From: Chiloscyllium plagiosum
Taxonomy: Eukaryota
Direction: 5' to 3'
DNA: 64,000 nt
Assembly: GCF_004010195.1 (NCBI RefSeq)
Contig: NC_057719.1
Coordinates: forward strand, 57,206,246 to 57,270,245
The translations under genes were made by a program, and so were the position numbers. Of this stretch, positions 52,330 to 64,000 are shown one piece after another. The notes under the pieces were generated by a model. It was not told where the DNA came from, made no database searches, and worked only from the letters and a program-made list of their open reading frames with translations. Each line of letters starts with the position of its first letter. The stretch's first letter is position 1.

Positions 52330-55300
52330 TAACTCATCTGGGGAGTGCACAGCTTCAAGTCCTTGACTCCACTGGTGGCTCAGCTGTACATGGAGTGCAG
52401 AACTAAGATAGGAAAAATAATAGTGATAGTGGAATACACAGGCATTTTTGACTGTGGGTATGGATCCAGGATCCAGCTTTCCTGGTTTTCAAAGTCAAGG
52501 ACATCACTGGCTGTAGAGCACTCTGAGGGGGAGTGGGAACAGCTCGCTGTCCTTGTCTATATTGGTACTTAATGACATTGTCAGAAAGAGGGATGTGGTC
52601 CTGCAATCAGAATTGAGCTGGTTAGAAAACTAGCAAACAGGACCTTAAAAAGGAGTAATCACTGGATTACTCCCACCAGCAGTGAGGATAAAAATTGGAG
52701 GATAAAGTAGATGGATGTATGGCTGGAAAAATAGTACTGGAAGGAAGGCTATAGGTTCCTGGGACAGGCTCTCAGAGAGATGGGAGCTATACAGGCTACA
52801 ACCAGGACTGAGTTCCTTGCAGGGCAATTTGTTAGTGCTCTAGAGGAGAGTTTAAACTAATATGATAATGGTGTGAGAACCAGGAGGTAATATTAGAAAG
52901 GTCTAACAATGTGCAGATAGTTACGGAATAAGGTGACACTCAGTTGAAACTTGAGATGCAAAAGAATTTCTTCTCCCAGAGGGTAGTGTATGTCTGGAGT
53001 TCTGTACCTCAGAAAGCTATAGAGGCTTGATTACAGCAAATATTTAAAGAGGAGATTGATAGATTGTTGAAATATCAAGGAGTTGATGGCTATGATGAAC
53101 TAGCATGAAAGAGGCCTGAGGCAAATCAGCCATGATTTTGGTGAATGGTAGGGCAGACTTGAAGGGCCAAATGGCCTATTCGTGCTCCTGTTTCTAATGC
53201 ACAGTAAAGTAGAAGTGATAGATAACACTGGAGTAGGAAATAATTATTTGATGGAATCCAAACAAGGGAGAAAGTAAGAAGAGTCTAAATCAGGTTATTG
53301 CACATGCATGTGAATGCACCAAGTGTTCGAAGCTAGCTTACTGCGCTCTATGCAGATTGGCACGTGGAAATATTAGAGCTATACCAGAGATATGATACAA
53401 AGAAGGGCAGGACAGGACATTAAGTTGTTTTTCTACATCATCTTCAGGAAAGATCAGGATAGGGAGAAAGGGCAGAGGATGGCAGTATTGACTAAAGAGA
53501 GCATCATAAGACTTAGGTTGGCTATGGAAAAGGTCAAAGATCATTCCAGATTAAGGATAGTTAACTGGGGAATAACCAACTTCTGGAGGCTAAGAATGGA
53601 TCTGGGCCAGCAAACTTGGGAATTAAAGTTTGAAGGAGAAATGTTAACTGAGGAGAGAGAATACAGGTACAGTCGATATATTCTCACAAAATGGAAAGGT
53701 AAAGCAATCGACTTCAGTGTTTCCTAGATGATGAAAGAGATAGAGATTAAGAGGAAGTATTAAAAGTAAAAGTATGCTTATGATTGGGTACATACCAGCT
53801 GGATCATGTGAACTAGAACTAGGCTGAATATAAAATGTTCAAAGGTGAAGTGGATAAAAGAAGTAAAGAGACAACATGAAAAGAGACAATTTCAGCCCAA
53901 ATAAGAAGATTCTTCGATAGGCATATAAACAGTATAAGGCTTGTAAAAGGAGAAAAGAGGCCAATTAAAGAGCCAAAACCCAGATTCAAATATGAAGGCA
54001 GGGATAGAGTTGAGCTATTAAATGAATATTCTGCATCTGTCTTTTCCAAAGAAGGAGGTTCTGACCAGGTCGTATTGAAAGAGGATGTATTTCAGACACT
54101 TGAAGGGTTTAAAATTGAGGAGATAGAAGTATTAGATAATCTGTCTTTATTTATCATTATTAAAGCACCAGAATTGAATGAGATGCATCCAACGATATTG
54201 AGGAAAATGAGTGAAAATTGCAGATGCACTGGTCAGAATTTTCCAGTCTTCCTTTCAGGGGTGGTACTCAGGAACTGGAAAACTGCAAATGGTAAACTTT
54301 CTTCAAAAAAGGATAAAGTTAAGCCTACCAACTACAGGTCAGTCAGTTTAACCTCTATGATAGAGAAGCTTCTAGAAATATTAGTTCAGGACAAATATTT
54401 GAGTGTTGCTGAACAAAGAGACCTTGGAATGCAGGTTTATAGCTCCTTGAAAGTGGAGTCGCAGGTAGACAGGATAGTGAAGAAGGCGTTTGGTATGCTT
54501 TCCTTTATTGGTCAGAATATTGAGTACAGGTGTTGGGAGGTCATGTTGCTGCTGTACAGGACATTGGTTAGGCCACTTTTGGAATATTGCGTGCAATTCT
54601 GGTCTCCTTCCTATCGGAAGGATGTTGTGAAACTTGAAAGGGTTACAAGGATATTGCCAAGGTTACAGGATTTGAGCTACAGGGGGAGATTGAATAGGCT
54701 AGGGCTGTTTTCCCTGGAGTGTTGGAGGCTGAGGGGTGACCTTATAGAGGTTTATAAAATCATGAGGGGCATGGGCTGGGCGGGTGCAGAACTAGAGGGC
54801 ATAGGTTTAGGGTGAGAGGGGAAAGATATAAAAGAGACCTAAAGGGCAATTTTTTTACTCAGAGGGTGGTACGGGTATGGAATGAGCTGCCAGAGGAAGT
54901 GTTGGAGGTTGGTACAATTGCAACATTTAAAAGGCATCTAGATGGGTATATGAATAGGAAGGGTTTGGAGGGATATGGGTCAGGTGTTGGCAGGTGGAAC
55001 TGGACTGGGTTGGGATATCTGGTCAGCATGGATGGGTTGGACCAAAGGATCTGTTTCTGTGCTGTACATCTCGATGAGTCTATGACTCTAAATGTGGTTT
55101 AGTTAAGGTAAAAGCTACCATAGATTCGTTATGAGCAAATAACATTTAATAAACTTGCTAAGATTTTTTGAAGAGCTTACAGAGAAGACCAAGGAATGAT
55201 TTGCTGGAGGTGTACTTGGACTTTCTGGACTGTATTTGATGCAGTACCACACAAGAGACTTTTGAGCAAACATCTAGTTCATGAAGAAAACAGGGACAGT

Positions 55301-55350
55301 GACAATAAGGATACATTGGCTGGGTGACAAGAAACAGAGTGTTGTGGTTA
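52330..55350 (+). mobile_element. Old CR1 body (ORF1 esterase-like and ORF2 remnants) with younger inserts
   Basis: EQLAVLVYIGT and VITGLLP (CR1 ORF1 SGNH-like), ELLNEYSASVFS, KAPELNEMHPTIL and NYRSVSLTS. A separate CR1 3' piece lies at ~52940-53195. Confidence 0.75.
54401..55090 (+). mobile_element. Young CR1 3' fragment nested in the older CR1
   Basis: VAEQRDLGMQV...LVRPLLEYCVQFWSP...GNFFTQRVVRVWNELP and a GTCTATGACTCT tail. The older RT sequence resumes afterwards. Confidence 0.93.
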
Positions 55351-55361
55351 ATGGGTTAGAC

Positions 55362-55497
55362 CTACAGCAGGTCAGGCAGCATCTGAGGAGCAAGAGAGTT
55401 GATGTTTGGGCAGGAGGCATAAGAAGGTCCTGCTCGAAACATCGATTTTCTTGCCTCTCCCCTGCCGTCTAACCTCCTGTGCCTTTCCAGTGCCACA
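55362..55497. mobile_element. Decayed palindromic Penelope-end element
   Basis: CAGCAGGTCAGGCAGCATCTGAGGAGCAAG...CGAAACATCGATTTTCTTGC...TTTCCAGTGCCACAC. Confidence 0.65.
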
Positions 55498-55499
55498 CT

Positions 55500-55665
55500 T
55501 TACAGCATGGAAACAGGGCCTTTGAAGAAAATATCCTCGGTTATTCACCCTATCCATGCCCCTCATGATTTTATAAACTTCTATACGGTCATTGCTCAGT
55601 CTTCGATGCTCCAGGGAAAAAATCCCTACCCTATTCAGCCACTCCTGCAGTCCCAGCAGCATCTC
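55500..55665 (-). mobile_element. CR1 3' fragment
   Basis: LNRVGIFSLEHRRLSNDRIEVYKIMRGMDRV. Confidence 0.85.
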
Positions 55666-56304
55666 TAAATCTTTTCAATTATATACAAATACCTTATTAG
55701 TAGATTCCCGCCTCTTGCCATAAGGAACCCTCATTCATCTCCAGTCTGGTGCTGACTTAATTTGCAACTTTAAAGTTAACTTTGGGGAAATGAACATTTC
55801 ACCTCCCACACAATTACATTGCACAGCCTGCCTTATTTAGTGCCTCTAGAAGTATTAGATTCCACTCATTGGGCTTTCTGCTGCTAGATTATCGATGAGA
55901 ATTAACAAGCTGAACTCCATATCTCGACCGTTTGTCCCCTTTCTAGTGCTATGAAGTTTGCAACTCGGGGAAGGCATTTAGCCTGTTTGATCTGAGCCAT
56001 CTCTTTGCTGCAGATATCAAACTGAACCTCATTACCATGTTGTCTTTCCATAAATGGCTGTTTCAACTTTTTCTCCAATTTTCCTTAACAGATGCAATTG
56101 TCTTTGCTTCAACCATTTCCCATGGCAAAACATTTCGTGTTCGTACAGATGGTTGGTAAAGAGTTTCCTTCCAATTAGCCTCGGCATTCATTTAGTGACA
56201 TTTTAAAATTGGTAAAGCCCTCATTACTCATTTCTCAACCTAAAGAAATAATCTTTTCCAATTCGCTTTATCACAATCCTTCAAAATTTTAACAACCATT
56301 CAGG

Positions 56305-57045
56305 TCAAGGAAAGCTAACATGGATTTATTAAGGGAAAGTTGCATCTAAATGTCTTCATTTTTGATGGGGTGAGAAGGGGAAGGCCGTTGAGGGCGATGC
56401 TGTTAATATGGAGTGAGTGCATGGCCTTCAGAAGAGACATGATACAGTGTCAACTTGTGGACAAACTTACAGCTCATAGAATAAAAGGAACAGTATAGAT
56501 ATGGATGTGAAATTGGTTGAGTGACAGGAAACAGAGTATAATGGTGACTTAGAGAAATGTTTATGGTTGAGTTCCCCAGGGGTAGATATTGGGACCCTTA
56601 CTCTTCCTGATATACATTAATAACCTAAACCTTGATGTGAATGGCACAATGGACGATATGAACCGTGGAAACACAGTAAACCGTGAGGAGGGGTGTTTAA
56701 AACTTCAAAAAGATCTAAAGAGTTTGTTGGGATAGGTGGTAAAGTTGCTGATGAAATCAATGCAATAAAGTGTGAAGTGATTCATATTGGTATGATGAAT
56801 GTGGAGAGTGAATATTAAATAAAGGGTACAGTTCTAAAGGGCATTCAGGAGCAGAGGGACCTGTACATATGTATAGAAATCATTGAAGATGGCAGGATAG
56901 GTTGAGAGAATGGTTCAAAAATAACGCAGTATTTCTTAATAGGGGCACAAGTACAAGGCCATGGAAGTTATGTGAAGTTTGTATAAAACACGAGTTCAGT
57001 CTCAACTAGAGTACTGTATCCAGTTCTGGGTGTCACACTTTAGCA
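56305..57045 (+). mobile_element. Old CR1 RT fragment
   Basis: HGFIKGK, GTTCCCCAGGGG..TTGGGACCC (VPQG..LGP), KCEVIHIG, EQRDL and LEYCIQFW. Confidence 0.85.
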
Positions 57046-57437
57046 CAGTTCAGAGGTGAATGGGAGGAAGGTAGCATGCTAGTACTGGCACTCACTTTGT
57101 TACACTCGCCTCGCCCCCAACTCCAGCTTCAATATCAGCAGCCCCCAACCCCCGCCTCTCCACCACCTTTCTGTCCAGGCATTTAATGATAGATTTTACA
57201 ACCACCACATGAGCAAATGCAATCAGAATTCCGCATTCACCTCATCTTGCCTTCCTTCTGTCTCTGATATCACAACATCCACTTGTCCCCAATGCAAAAA
57301 ACAACTCATGGCAAAAAAGACATTATAAATCAACATGGCTGCCGAGATGTTTCTTTTCCTTTGTTATTTTCTCTTTTTGTGCTTATTTTCCTTCTTTCTT
57401 CTTACCTCCGGTCCTTGGGCCACGAGCATGGGCCATG

Positions 57438-60134
57438 CTGAGGCCTCAGCATGGACACCCGGCCTCAGTGTGGACTCCCAGCCTAAATGCAGACTCCTGG
57501 CCTCAGTGTGAACATCCCGGCCTCAGAGCGGACATCCCGGCCTCAGTGCAGATTCCCGGCCTCAGCACGGACTCCCGGCCTCAGTGTGGACTCCCAGCCT
57601 CAGCATGGACTCCCAGCCTCAGCACAGACTCCTGACCTCAGTGCGGACTCCCGTCCTCAGTGCGGAGCCCTGGCCTCAGCACGGACACCCGGCCTCAGCA
57701 CGGACACCCGGCCTCAGTGTGGACTCCCAGCCTAAGTGCAGACTTCCGGCCTCAGCATGGACATCCCGGCCTCAGTGCAGGCTCCCGGCCTCAGTGCAGA
57801 CTCTCGGCCTCAGCCTGGATTCCAGCCTCAGCATGAACTCCCGATCTCAGCATGAAGTCCCGGTCTCAGCACAGTCTCCCGACCTCAGCGCGGACCCCTG
57901 GCCTCAGTGCAGACTCCTGGCCTCAGCAGGGACTCCCGGCCTCAGCGTGGAGTCCCAGCCTCAGCACAGACTCCCGACCTCTGTGTGAACTTCCAGCCTC
58001 AGCAAGGTCTTCCAGCCTCAGCACAGACCCCCGGCCTCAGTGTGGACTCCCGGCCTCAGTGTGGACTACCAGCCTCAGCACAGTCTTCCGGCCTCAGCAC
58101 AGATTCCTGGCCTCAGTGTGGACTCCTGGCCTCAGCATGGACTCCCGACCTCAGTGTGAACTCCTGGTCTCAGCACGGACTCTTGGCCTCAGCATGGACT
58201 CCTGGCCTCAGTGCGGACTCCCGGCCTCAGCATTGACCCCTGGCCTCAGTGTGGACTGCCGGCCTCAGCGTGGACCCCCGGCCTCAGTGTGGACTCCCGG
58301 CCTCAGCACGGACACCCGGTCTCAGTGCGGACTCCCGACCTCAGCGCGGACCCCCGGCCTCAGTGTGGACGCCGTGCCTGGGTGCAGACTCCCGGCCTCA
58401 GCGTGAACATCCCGGCCTCAGCGCGGACATCTTGGCCTCAGTGCGGATTCCCAGCCTCAGTGCAGACTCCTGCTCTCAGCACGGACATCTGGGCCTCAGC
58501 ACGGACTCCCGGCCTCAGCACAGACTCCCAGCCTCAGCGCGGACTCCCAGACTCAGCACGGACTCCCAACCTCAGCTCGGACTCACGGCCTCAGCGCAGA
58601 CTCCTGGCCTCAGCGCGGTCTCCCGGCCTCAGCGCAGAGTCCCAGCCTCAGCACGACTCCCGGCCTCAGCACAGACACTCGGCCTCAGTGTGGACTCCCG
58701 GTCTCAGTGTGGACTCCGAGCCTAAGTGCAGACTCCCGGCCTCAGCATGGACATCCTGGCCTCAGCGCGGACCCCCGGTCTCAGTGCAGACCCCCGGCCT
58801 CAGTGCAGACTCCCAGCCTCAGCATAGACATCCCGGCCTCAGTGCAGACTCCCGGCCTCAGTGCAGACTCCCGGCCTCAGCACTGATATCCCGACCTCAG
58901 CGCGGATTCCAGCCTCAGCATGAACCCCCCGATCTCAGCATGAAGTCCCGGTCTCAACACAGTCTCCCGACCTCAGTGCGAACTCCCGCCCTCAGTGCAG
59001 ACTCCCGGCCTCAGCACGGACTCCTGGCCTCAGTGCGGACTCCTGGCCTCAGCAGGGACTCCCGGCCTCAGCATGGGCTCACGGCCTCAGCATGGACTCC
59101 CGGCCTCAGCACGGAGTCCCAGCATCAGTGCGGACTCCTGGCCTCAGTGTGGACTCCCAGCCTCAGCACGGACTCCCGGCTTCAGTGTGGACTCCCAGCC
59201 TCAGCACGGACTCCCGGCCTCAGTGTGGACTCCCGGCCTCAGCACAGACATCCCGGCCTCAGCACGGACTCCTGGCCTCAGTACAGACACCCGGCCTCAG
59301 CACGGAATCCCGGCCTCAGCACAGACTCCCGGCCTCAGTGTGGACTCCCAGCCTCAGCACGGACTCCCGGCCTCAGTGTGGACTCCCGGCCTCAGCACGG
59401 ACATCCCGGCCTCAGCACGGACTCCTGGCCTCAGTACAGACACCCGGCCTCAGCACGGAATCCCGGCCTCAGCACAGACTCTCAGCCTCAGCACCGACTC
59501 CCAGCCTCAGCACGGACTCCCGGCCTCAGGATGGACTCCTGGCCTCAGCATGGACTCCCGACCTCAGTGTGGGCTCCCAGCCTCAGCACGGTCTTCCAGC
59601 CTCAGCACGGACACCAGGCCTCAGCACGGACACCTGGCCTCAGTGTGGACTCCCATCCTCAAGTGTGGACTCCCTGCCTCAGCACAGTATTTCGGCCTCA
59701 GCACAGACACCTGGCCTCAGCTCAGTATTCCGGCCTTAACACAGACATCCGGCTTCAGTGTGAACTCCCAGCCTCACCGCGGACATCCCGGCCTCAGTGC
59801 GGATTCCCGGCTTCAGTGCAGATTCCCAGCCTCAGCGCAGACATCCCGGCCTCAGTGCAGACTCCCAGCCTCAGCACAGACATCTCGGCCTCAGCGCGGA
59901 CTCCGGGCCTAAGTGCAGACTCCCGGCCTCAGCACAAATATCCGACCTCAGTGTGGACTCCTGGCCTCAGTGCAGACTCCCAGCCTCAGCACAGTCTCCT
60001 GGCCTCAGCATGGAGTGCTGGCCTCAGCGCAGAGTCCAGGCTTCAGTACGGACTCCGGGCCTCTGCACAAACTCCCGGCCTCTGCACAGACTCCCGGCCT
60101 TAGTGTGGACTACCGGCCTCAGTGCGGACCCCCG
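57438..60134 (+). repeat. GC-rich minisatellite, unit ~20 bp (consensus CGGCCTCAG[CA/TG][C/T]GGACTCC), roughly 130-135 units, running into a gap
   Basis: GCCTCAG recurs about every 20 bp, with 19-21 bp variants. Confidence 0.97.
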
Positions 60135-60634
60135 NNNNNNNNNNNNNNNNNNNNNNNNNNNNNNNNNNNNNNNNNNNNNNNNNNNNNNNNNNNNNNNNNN
60201 NNNNNNNNNNNNNNNNNNNNNNNNNNNNNNNNNNNNNNNNNNNNNNNNNNNNNNNNNNNNNNNNNNNNNNNNNNNNNNNNNNNNNNNNNNNNNNNNNNNN
60301 NNNNNNNNNNNNNNNNNNNNNNNNNNNNNNNNNNNNNNNNNNNNNNNNNNNNNNNNNNNNNNNNNNNNNNNNNNNNNNNNNNNNNNNNNNNNNNNNNNNN
60401 NNNNNNNNNNNNNNNNNNNNNNNNNNNNNNNNNNNNNNNNNNNNNNNNNNNNNNNNNNNNNNNNNNNNNNNNNNNNNNNNNNNNNNNNNNNNNNNNNNNN
60501 NNNNNNNNNNNNNNNNNNNNNNNNNNNNNNNNNNNNNNNNNNNNNNNNNNNNNNNNNNNNNNNNNNNNNNNNNNNNNNNNNNNNNNNNNNNNNNNNNNNN
60601 NNNNNNNNNNNNNNNNNNNNNNNNNNNNNNNNNN
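60135..60634. other. Assembly gap (500 N)
   Basis: Run of N directly after the minisatellite. Confidence 1.
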
Positions 60635-61260
60635 TCTGACTCCATTTCCTGGGGATGCACATGATACAGTCAACACAGGCCTTGTATGTCCCAGGACACT
60701 GATGGAACTCTGATACCGAATGCTGGAACGAGTCCTGGGTGCAAGAGTGGGAGCTGAAAATGTGTTGCTGGAAAAGCGCAGCAGGTCAGGCAGCATCCAA
60801 GGAAAAGGAGAATCGACGTTTCGGGTATAAGCCCTTCTTCAGGCTTATGCCCGATACGTTGATTCTCCTGCTCCTTGGATGCTGCCTGACCTGCTGCGCT
60901 TTTCCAGCAACACATTTTCAGCTCTGATCTCCAGCATCTGCAGTCCTCACTTTCTCCTGCAAGAGTGGGAGGCCATCCTCTCCCTGTTGCTGTGAACATG
61001 GCTGCTGCTGTACGTGCCTATGTGACTGGCTTCCTCCAGAGAGAGATGGGTGACCTGTGTGGGATCTGTCCCGCAAAAGAATCAGGACAATGACTGACGC
61101 CAAGTGGACAAGATCACACCAGCTCATTTCATGTGCCCACGCTGAGGTCAGTGCAACAGCCCAGGCAGTTGATGGTGGAACATGTGATGGGGCTGTTGAA
61201 GATGCAGTTTTACAGCTTGGACTGGGCTCAGTTGTTGGTGTGAGGGAGTGTGGCTATGAT
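60635..61260 (+). mobile_element. Decayed, internally deleted Harbinger transposase remnant
   Basis: GHPLPVAVNM, TGFLQREMGDLCGI, IRTMTDA and VEHVMGLLKMQFYSLD (compare IExxxGxLKxRFxCL). Confidence 0.75.
60754..60957. mobile_element. Young palindromic Penelope-end mini-element with intact minus-strand hammerhead core
   Basis: Near-perfect inverted arms. Minus-strand CTGAAGA-A-GGGC-TTAT-ACCC-GAAAC-GTC at 60842-60815. Direct repeat TGCAAGAGTGGGAG at 60740-60753 and 60958-60971. Confidence 0.9.
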
Positions 61261-61589
61261 CTATGAGCAGTGTGGCTTTGTGGCTTTTGTGCCGTAAAGT
61301 GAGGGGCAATACCAAATTACAAATGTTTTCCGTGCGTACAGTGGCCTTTAAAGATGATGCAAATACAAAGCATTTCAGTCTTTCAGCAGATATTGCAGTT
61401 CTAGGAATACTGCACACTAAGTTGGGGCCAGAATTGGTCGGGATAGATGCCACAGGGGCTGGGCAGTTAGTTATTGAGGTGAGTTGGTAAATCAGCAAGA
61501 AATCTCTCTGGGGTTAGCAGAGAAAACCCATCCAAAAAACTTGATTGCAACTTCACAAAAATAACACAAGATTTGGCCTATTGTGTTGA

Positions 61590-61963
61590 ATTCCTTCCAT
61601 CCTTTGACTCCATCTACACTTCCCGCTGCCTCGGGAAAGCAACCAACATAATCAAAGCTCCCTCCCACCCCGGTTAAACTCTCTGCTACTCTTTTCCATC
61701 AGGCAGAAGATATAAAAGGTTGAATACACGCACAAACAGATTCAAGAACAGCTTCTTCCCTGCTGTTATCAGGCTTTTGAACGGACCTCTCAGATGTTAA
61801 TTCTGATCTCTCCCTCTCTGCAACTTTCTGCAGCTGTAACACCATATTCTACACAGGTTCTGTCACTCGATGCACTTTGCATGGTACCATCTGCCTGTAC
61901 AGCACAACAAACAACCACTCTTCAATGTATTACGGTACATGTGACAACAATAAATAAATCAAT
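61590..61963 (+). mobile_element. Rex1/Babar LINE 3' end
   Basis: KATNIIKAPSHPG...PSGRRYKRLNTRTNRFKNSFFPAVIRLLN, ending GTGACAACAATAAATAAATC. Confidence 0.88.
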
Positions 61964-62925
61964 GAAAAGACTTGTCTGATACCAATAATGCCAGTCATAC
62001 TGTCTAACCATAGACACCTATCCAATTTCAGAATTTTTTTGCCTCAGTCCCGAGATGAACTTACTATACTGCATTTCATTTCATCCAGTCTTTAATAGCT
62101 CTCACATTTCCTGATCTTTATTTAAGCTGTTGATGATAATGTAAAACCCCTGGGTTGCTGGAAGAACACTGAATGAATGAAATGCGAAATGAAATTCAGC
62201 CATATACAGTACATAATTATAAGTTGCAAAGACATTCTAATTAGTGTCTATGTGCTGGCTAGTCTATAAACTGAGGAAAAGAGCAGTATTACAATGAGAG
62301 TTGAAAATTCTGAAGACAAAATCAGAAGTACAAATTCCTAATCAAATACTCCAATCAAAAAAAAAGGGATATGGGAGGTTATTAAATTTATCTTAATCCA
62401 CTGATGAATTTAATAAAGAAGTAATCAAAGATCATTTGAAGACTTTTGTGCCTGGATGTAGGGATGACAAGCTTGAATAAAAGGCAAGTCTTTGAGGCTT
62501 CTGTATCATTTTATTACATGATACATTCAGATTCATATTTAAAAAGAAATGCAAATGAGCGAAAAATGCTTCACAGAAAATAATCATTTGCTTCCTTTGT
62601 AAGTATTCATAAATAAAATCACGCTAACAATAGCTTTTTTCCCTGTCATATAATTTCTGCTGTAGAGGCTGTATCTCATTACTGCTGCCAAAGTTACGTA
62701 GGACTTATTCAAATTTTTAGGATCTAATATTTACAAGCTCTATCACAAATGGTGGATTAATTTGAGCCCACTCTCTCTAAAAAGATCAATGCTTGTCTTC
62801 CATCGTCTTGCATGATCCCCATATTTATTGATTCCCTCAGTGCAAAAAAAGCTATCAATCTCCACGGAATCCAGTCTATTCAAAACACTTCTGCAGTCAC
62901 TTGCTCTCCTTCTTTCAAGCACAAA

Positions 62926-63444
62926 GACAGGGTTCCCCTTGTTCTCATTTTCCAACTCACCACATTCAAATAATCATCCTCTGCCCTTTCAGCTGCCTCC
63001 AACATGAAGCCACTACCTTTTTATAATTTTGAAGGGAGTGTTCCCTGTTATAATCTATTCCAGAGGAATCTCCAACACGCTGTCCTATTCTCATGGCAGC
63101 TTTCTATGCACATATCATGTAGGTGATGCAAGAAGTGCCCTTCTAGCTCCTCCCATCTCAGCTTTCAAAGTTCCAATTGCATTTTCCAAGTGAAATAATG
63201 ACCTAATTGCGTCTCTTCAAATTAATATTTGCTATTCATGATGTGGCCCCAATGAAGAACAAAAGCAGACTGATTGACAGCTTTGTAGATGAACTCCATT
63301 TAGGCCTGAGCTCATGCTTCCAGTTACCTGCCAACTTAATCCTCTACCTTGCTCCCACTCTGACCTTTCAATCCTTTGCTGCCTGCAGTGATGCACTGTA
63401 GTTTAAAATGAGCTCAAGGTACAGAACCTCAGCTTTAGACTGGA
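62926..63444 (+). mobile_element. Very decayed Penelope ORF C-terminal fragment
   Basis: DRVPLVLIF and later segments are collinear with 12705-13260. Confidence 0.65.
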
Positions 63445-63650
63445 CGTGTCTGCATGGGTTTCCTCCGGGTGCTCCGGTTTCCTCCCACAGTCCAAAGATG
63501 TGCAGGTCAGGTGAATTGGCCATGCTAAATTGCCCGTAGTGTTAGGTTAAAGGGGTAAATGTAGGGGTATGGGTGGGTTGCACTTCAGCGGGTCGGTGTG
63601 GACTTGTTGGGCCAAAGGGCCTGTTTCCACACTGTAAGTAATCTAAGTAA
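63445..63650 (+). mobile_element. HE1-like SINE, 5'-truncated, young
   Basis: GGGTTTCCTCCGGGTGCTCCGGTTTCCTCCCACAGTCCAAAGATGTGCAGG...CACTGTAAGTAATCTAA. Confidence 0.9.
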
Positions 63651-63854
63651 TTTCTCAATCTTCCACACCCACCATTGGGTTCAAGAATTTTAGATAACCT
63701 CTGCTCCATTTTGTTTCTTTTCTTGTTGTTGGTTTTATTTGTATTTCCCTTCTGAGCTCTTTTTGAATTTATTTTTAGTTTAAAAGCTAGAAAGTTATTT
63801 AGAGCTTTTATAAACATTGTTCGACCATTGCTCGTGGGGAAAGTGCTGGAGTCG

Positions 63855-64000
63855 ATCATAGGATCCCTATAGTGTGGAAGCAGGCCATTCAGCCCAACAA
63901 GTCCACACTGACCCTCCGAAGAGCACCCCATCCAGACCAACCCGCTACCTATCCCTGTAACTCGCATTTCCCATGGCTAATTCACCTAGCCAGCACATCC
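63855..64000 (-). mobile_element. HE1-like SINE 3' part, truncated by window edge
   Basis: Matches 32130-32280 (CCCAACAAGTCCACAC.GACCCTC). Confidence 0.88.

Noticed and set aside
54075..54815. 246-aa ORF as a functional reverse transcriptase
   Set aside because: It is a chance in-frame fusion of an old CR1 fragment and a younger nested CR1 3' piece, and it lacks the catalytic ADD region.
58211..60103. 630-aa ORF and overlapping long ORFs as a repetitive protein gene
   Set aside because: The 20-bp unit lacks plus-strand stops, so all three frames read the same TPGLS/DSRPQ/GLPASA repeat. There is no unique coding sequence or splice evidence.
57438..60134. CRISPR array
   Set aside because: Units are directly adjacent with no unique spacers, no cas genes are present, and the context is eukaryotic.
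59797..60796. ORFs containing long X runs
   Set aside because: They are artefacts of translating through the 500-N gap.

Overview
This is eukaryotic, AT-rich, repeat-dense DNA, not prokaryotic. The repeat set (HE1-like tRNA-derived SINEs, CR1 LINEs with (CTCTATGA)n tails, Penelope, RTE, Tx1, Rex1, Gypsy and Harbinger remnants) points to a cartilaginous fish, probably a shark (inference). I could not confidently identify any host protein-coding exon or RNA gene. The ORF track is explained by decayed transposon ORFs, a ~2.7 kb GC-rich 20-bp minisatellite and assembly gaps. The most interesting signal is about a dozen short Penelope-end-derived elements. They carry a minimal hammerhead-ribozyme core (CTGANGA-stem II-GAAAC-GTC) whose stems covary between subfamilies. 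Several are fold-back palindromes of ~200-250 bp flanked by 13-15 bp direct repeats. Also present: multi-level nested insertions, repeated decayed Harbinger transposase/Myb-SANT remnants, and a minisatellite that appears to have expanded inside a retroposon. All assignments were made by eye from recalled family motifs, and boundaries of old elements are approximate.
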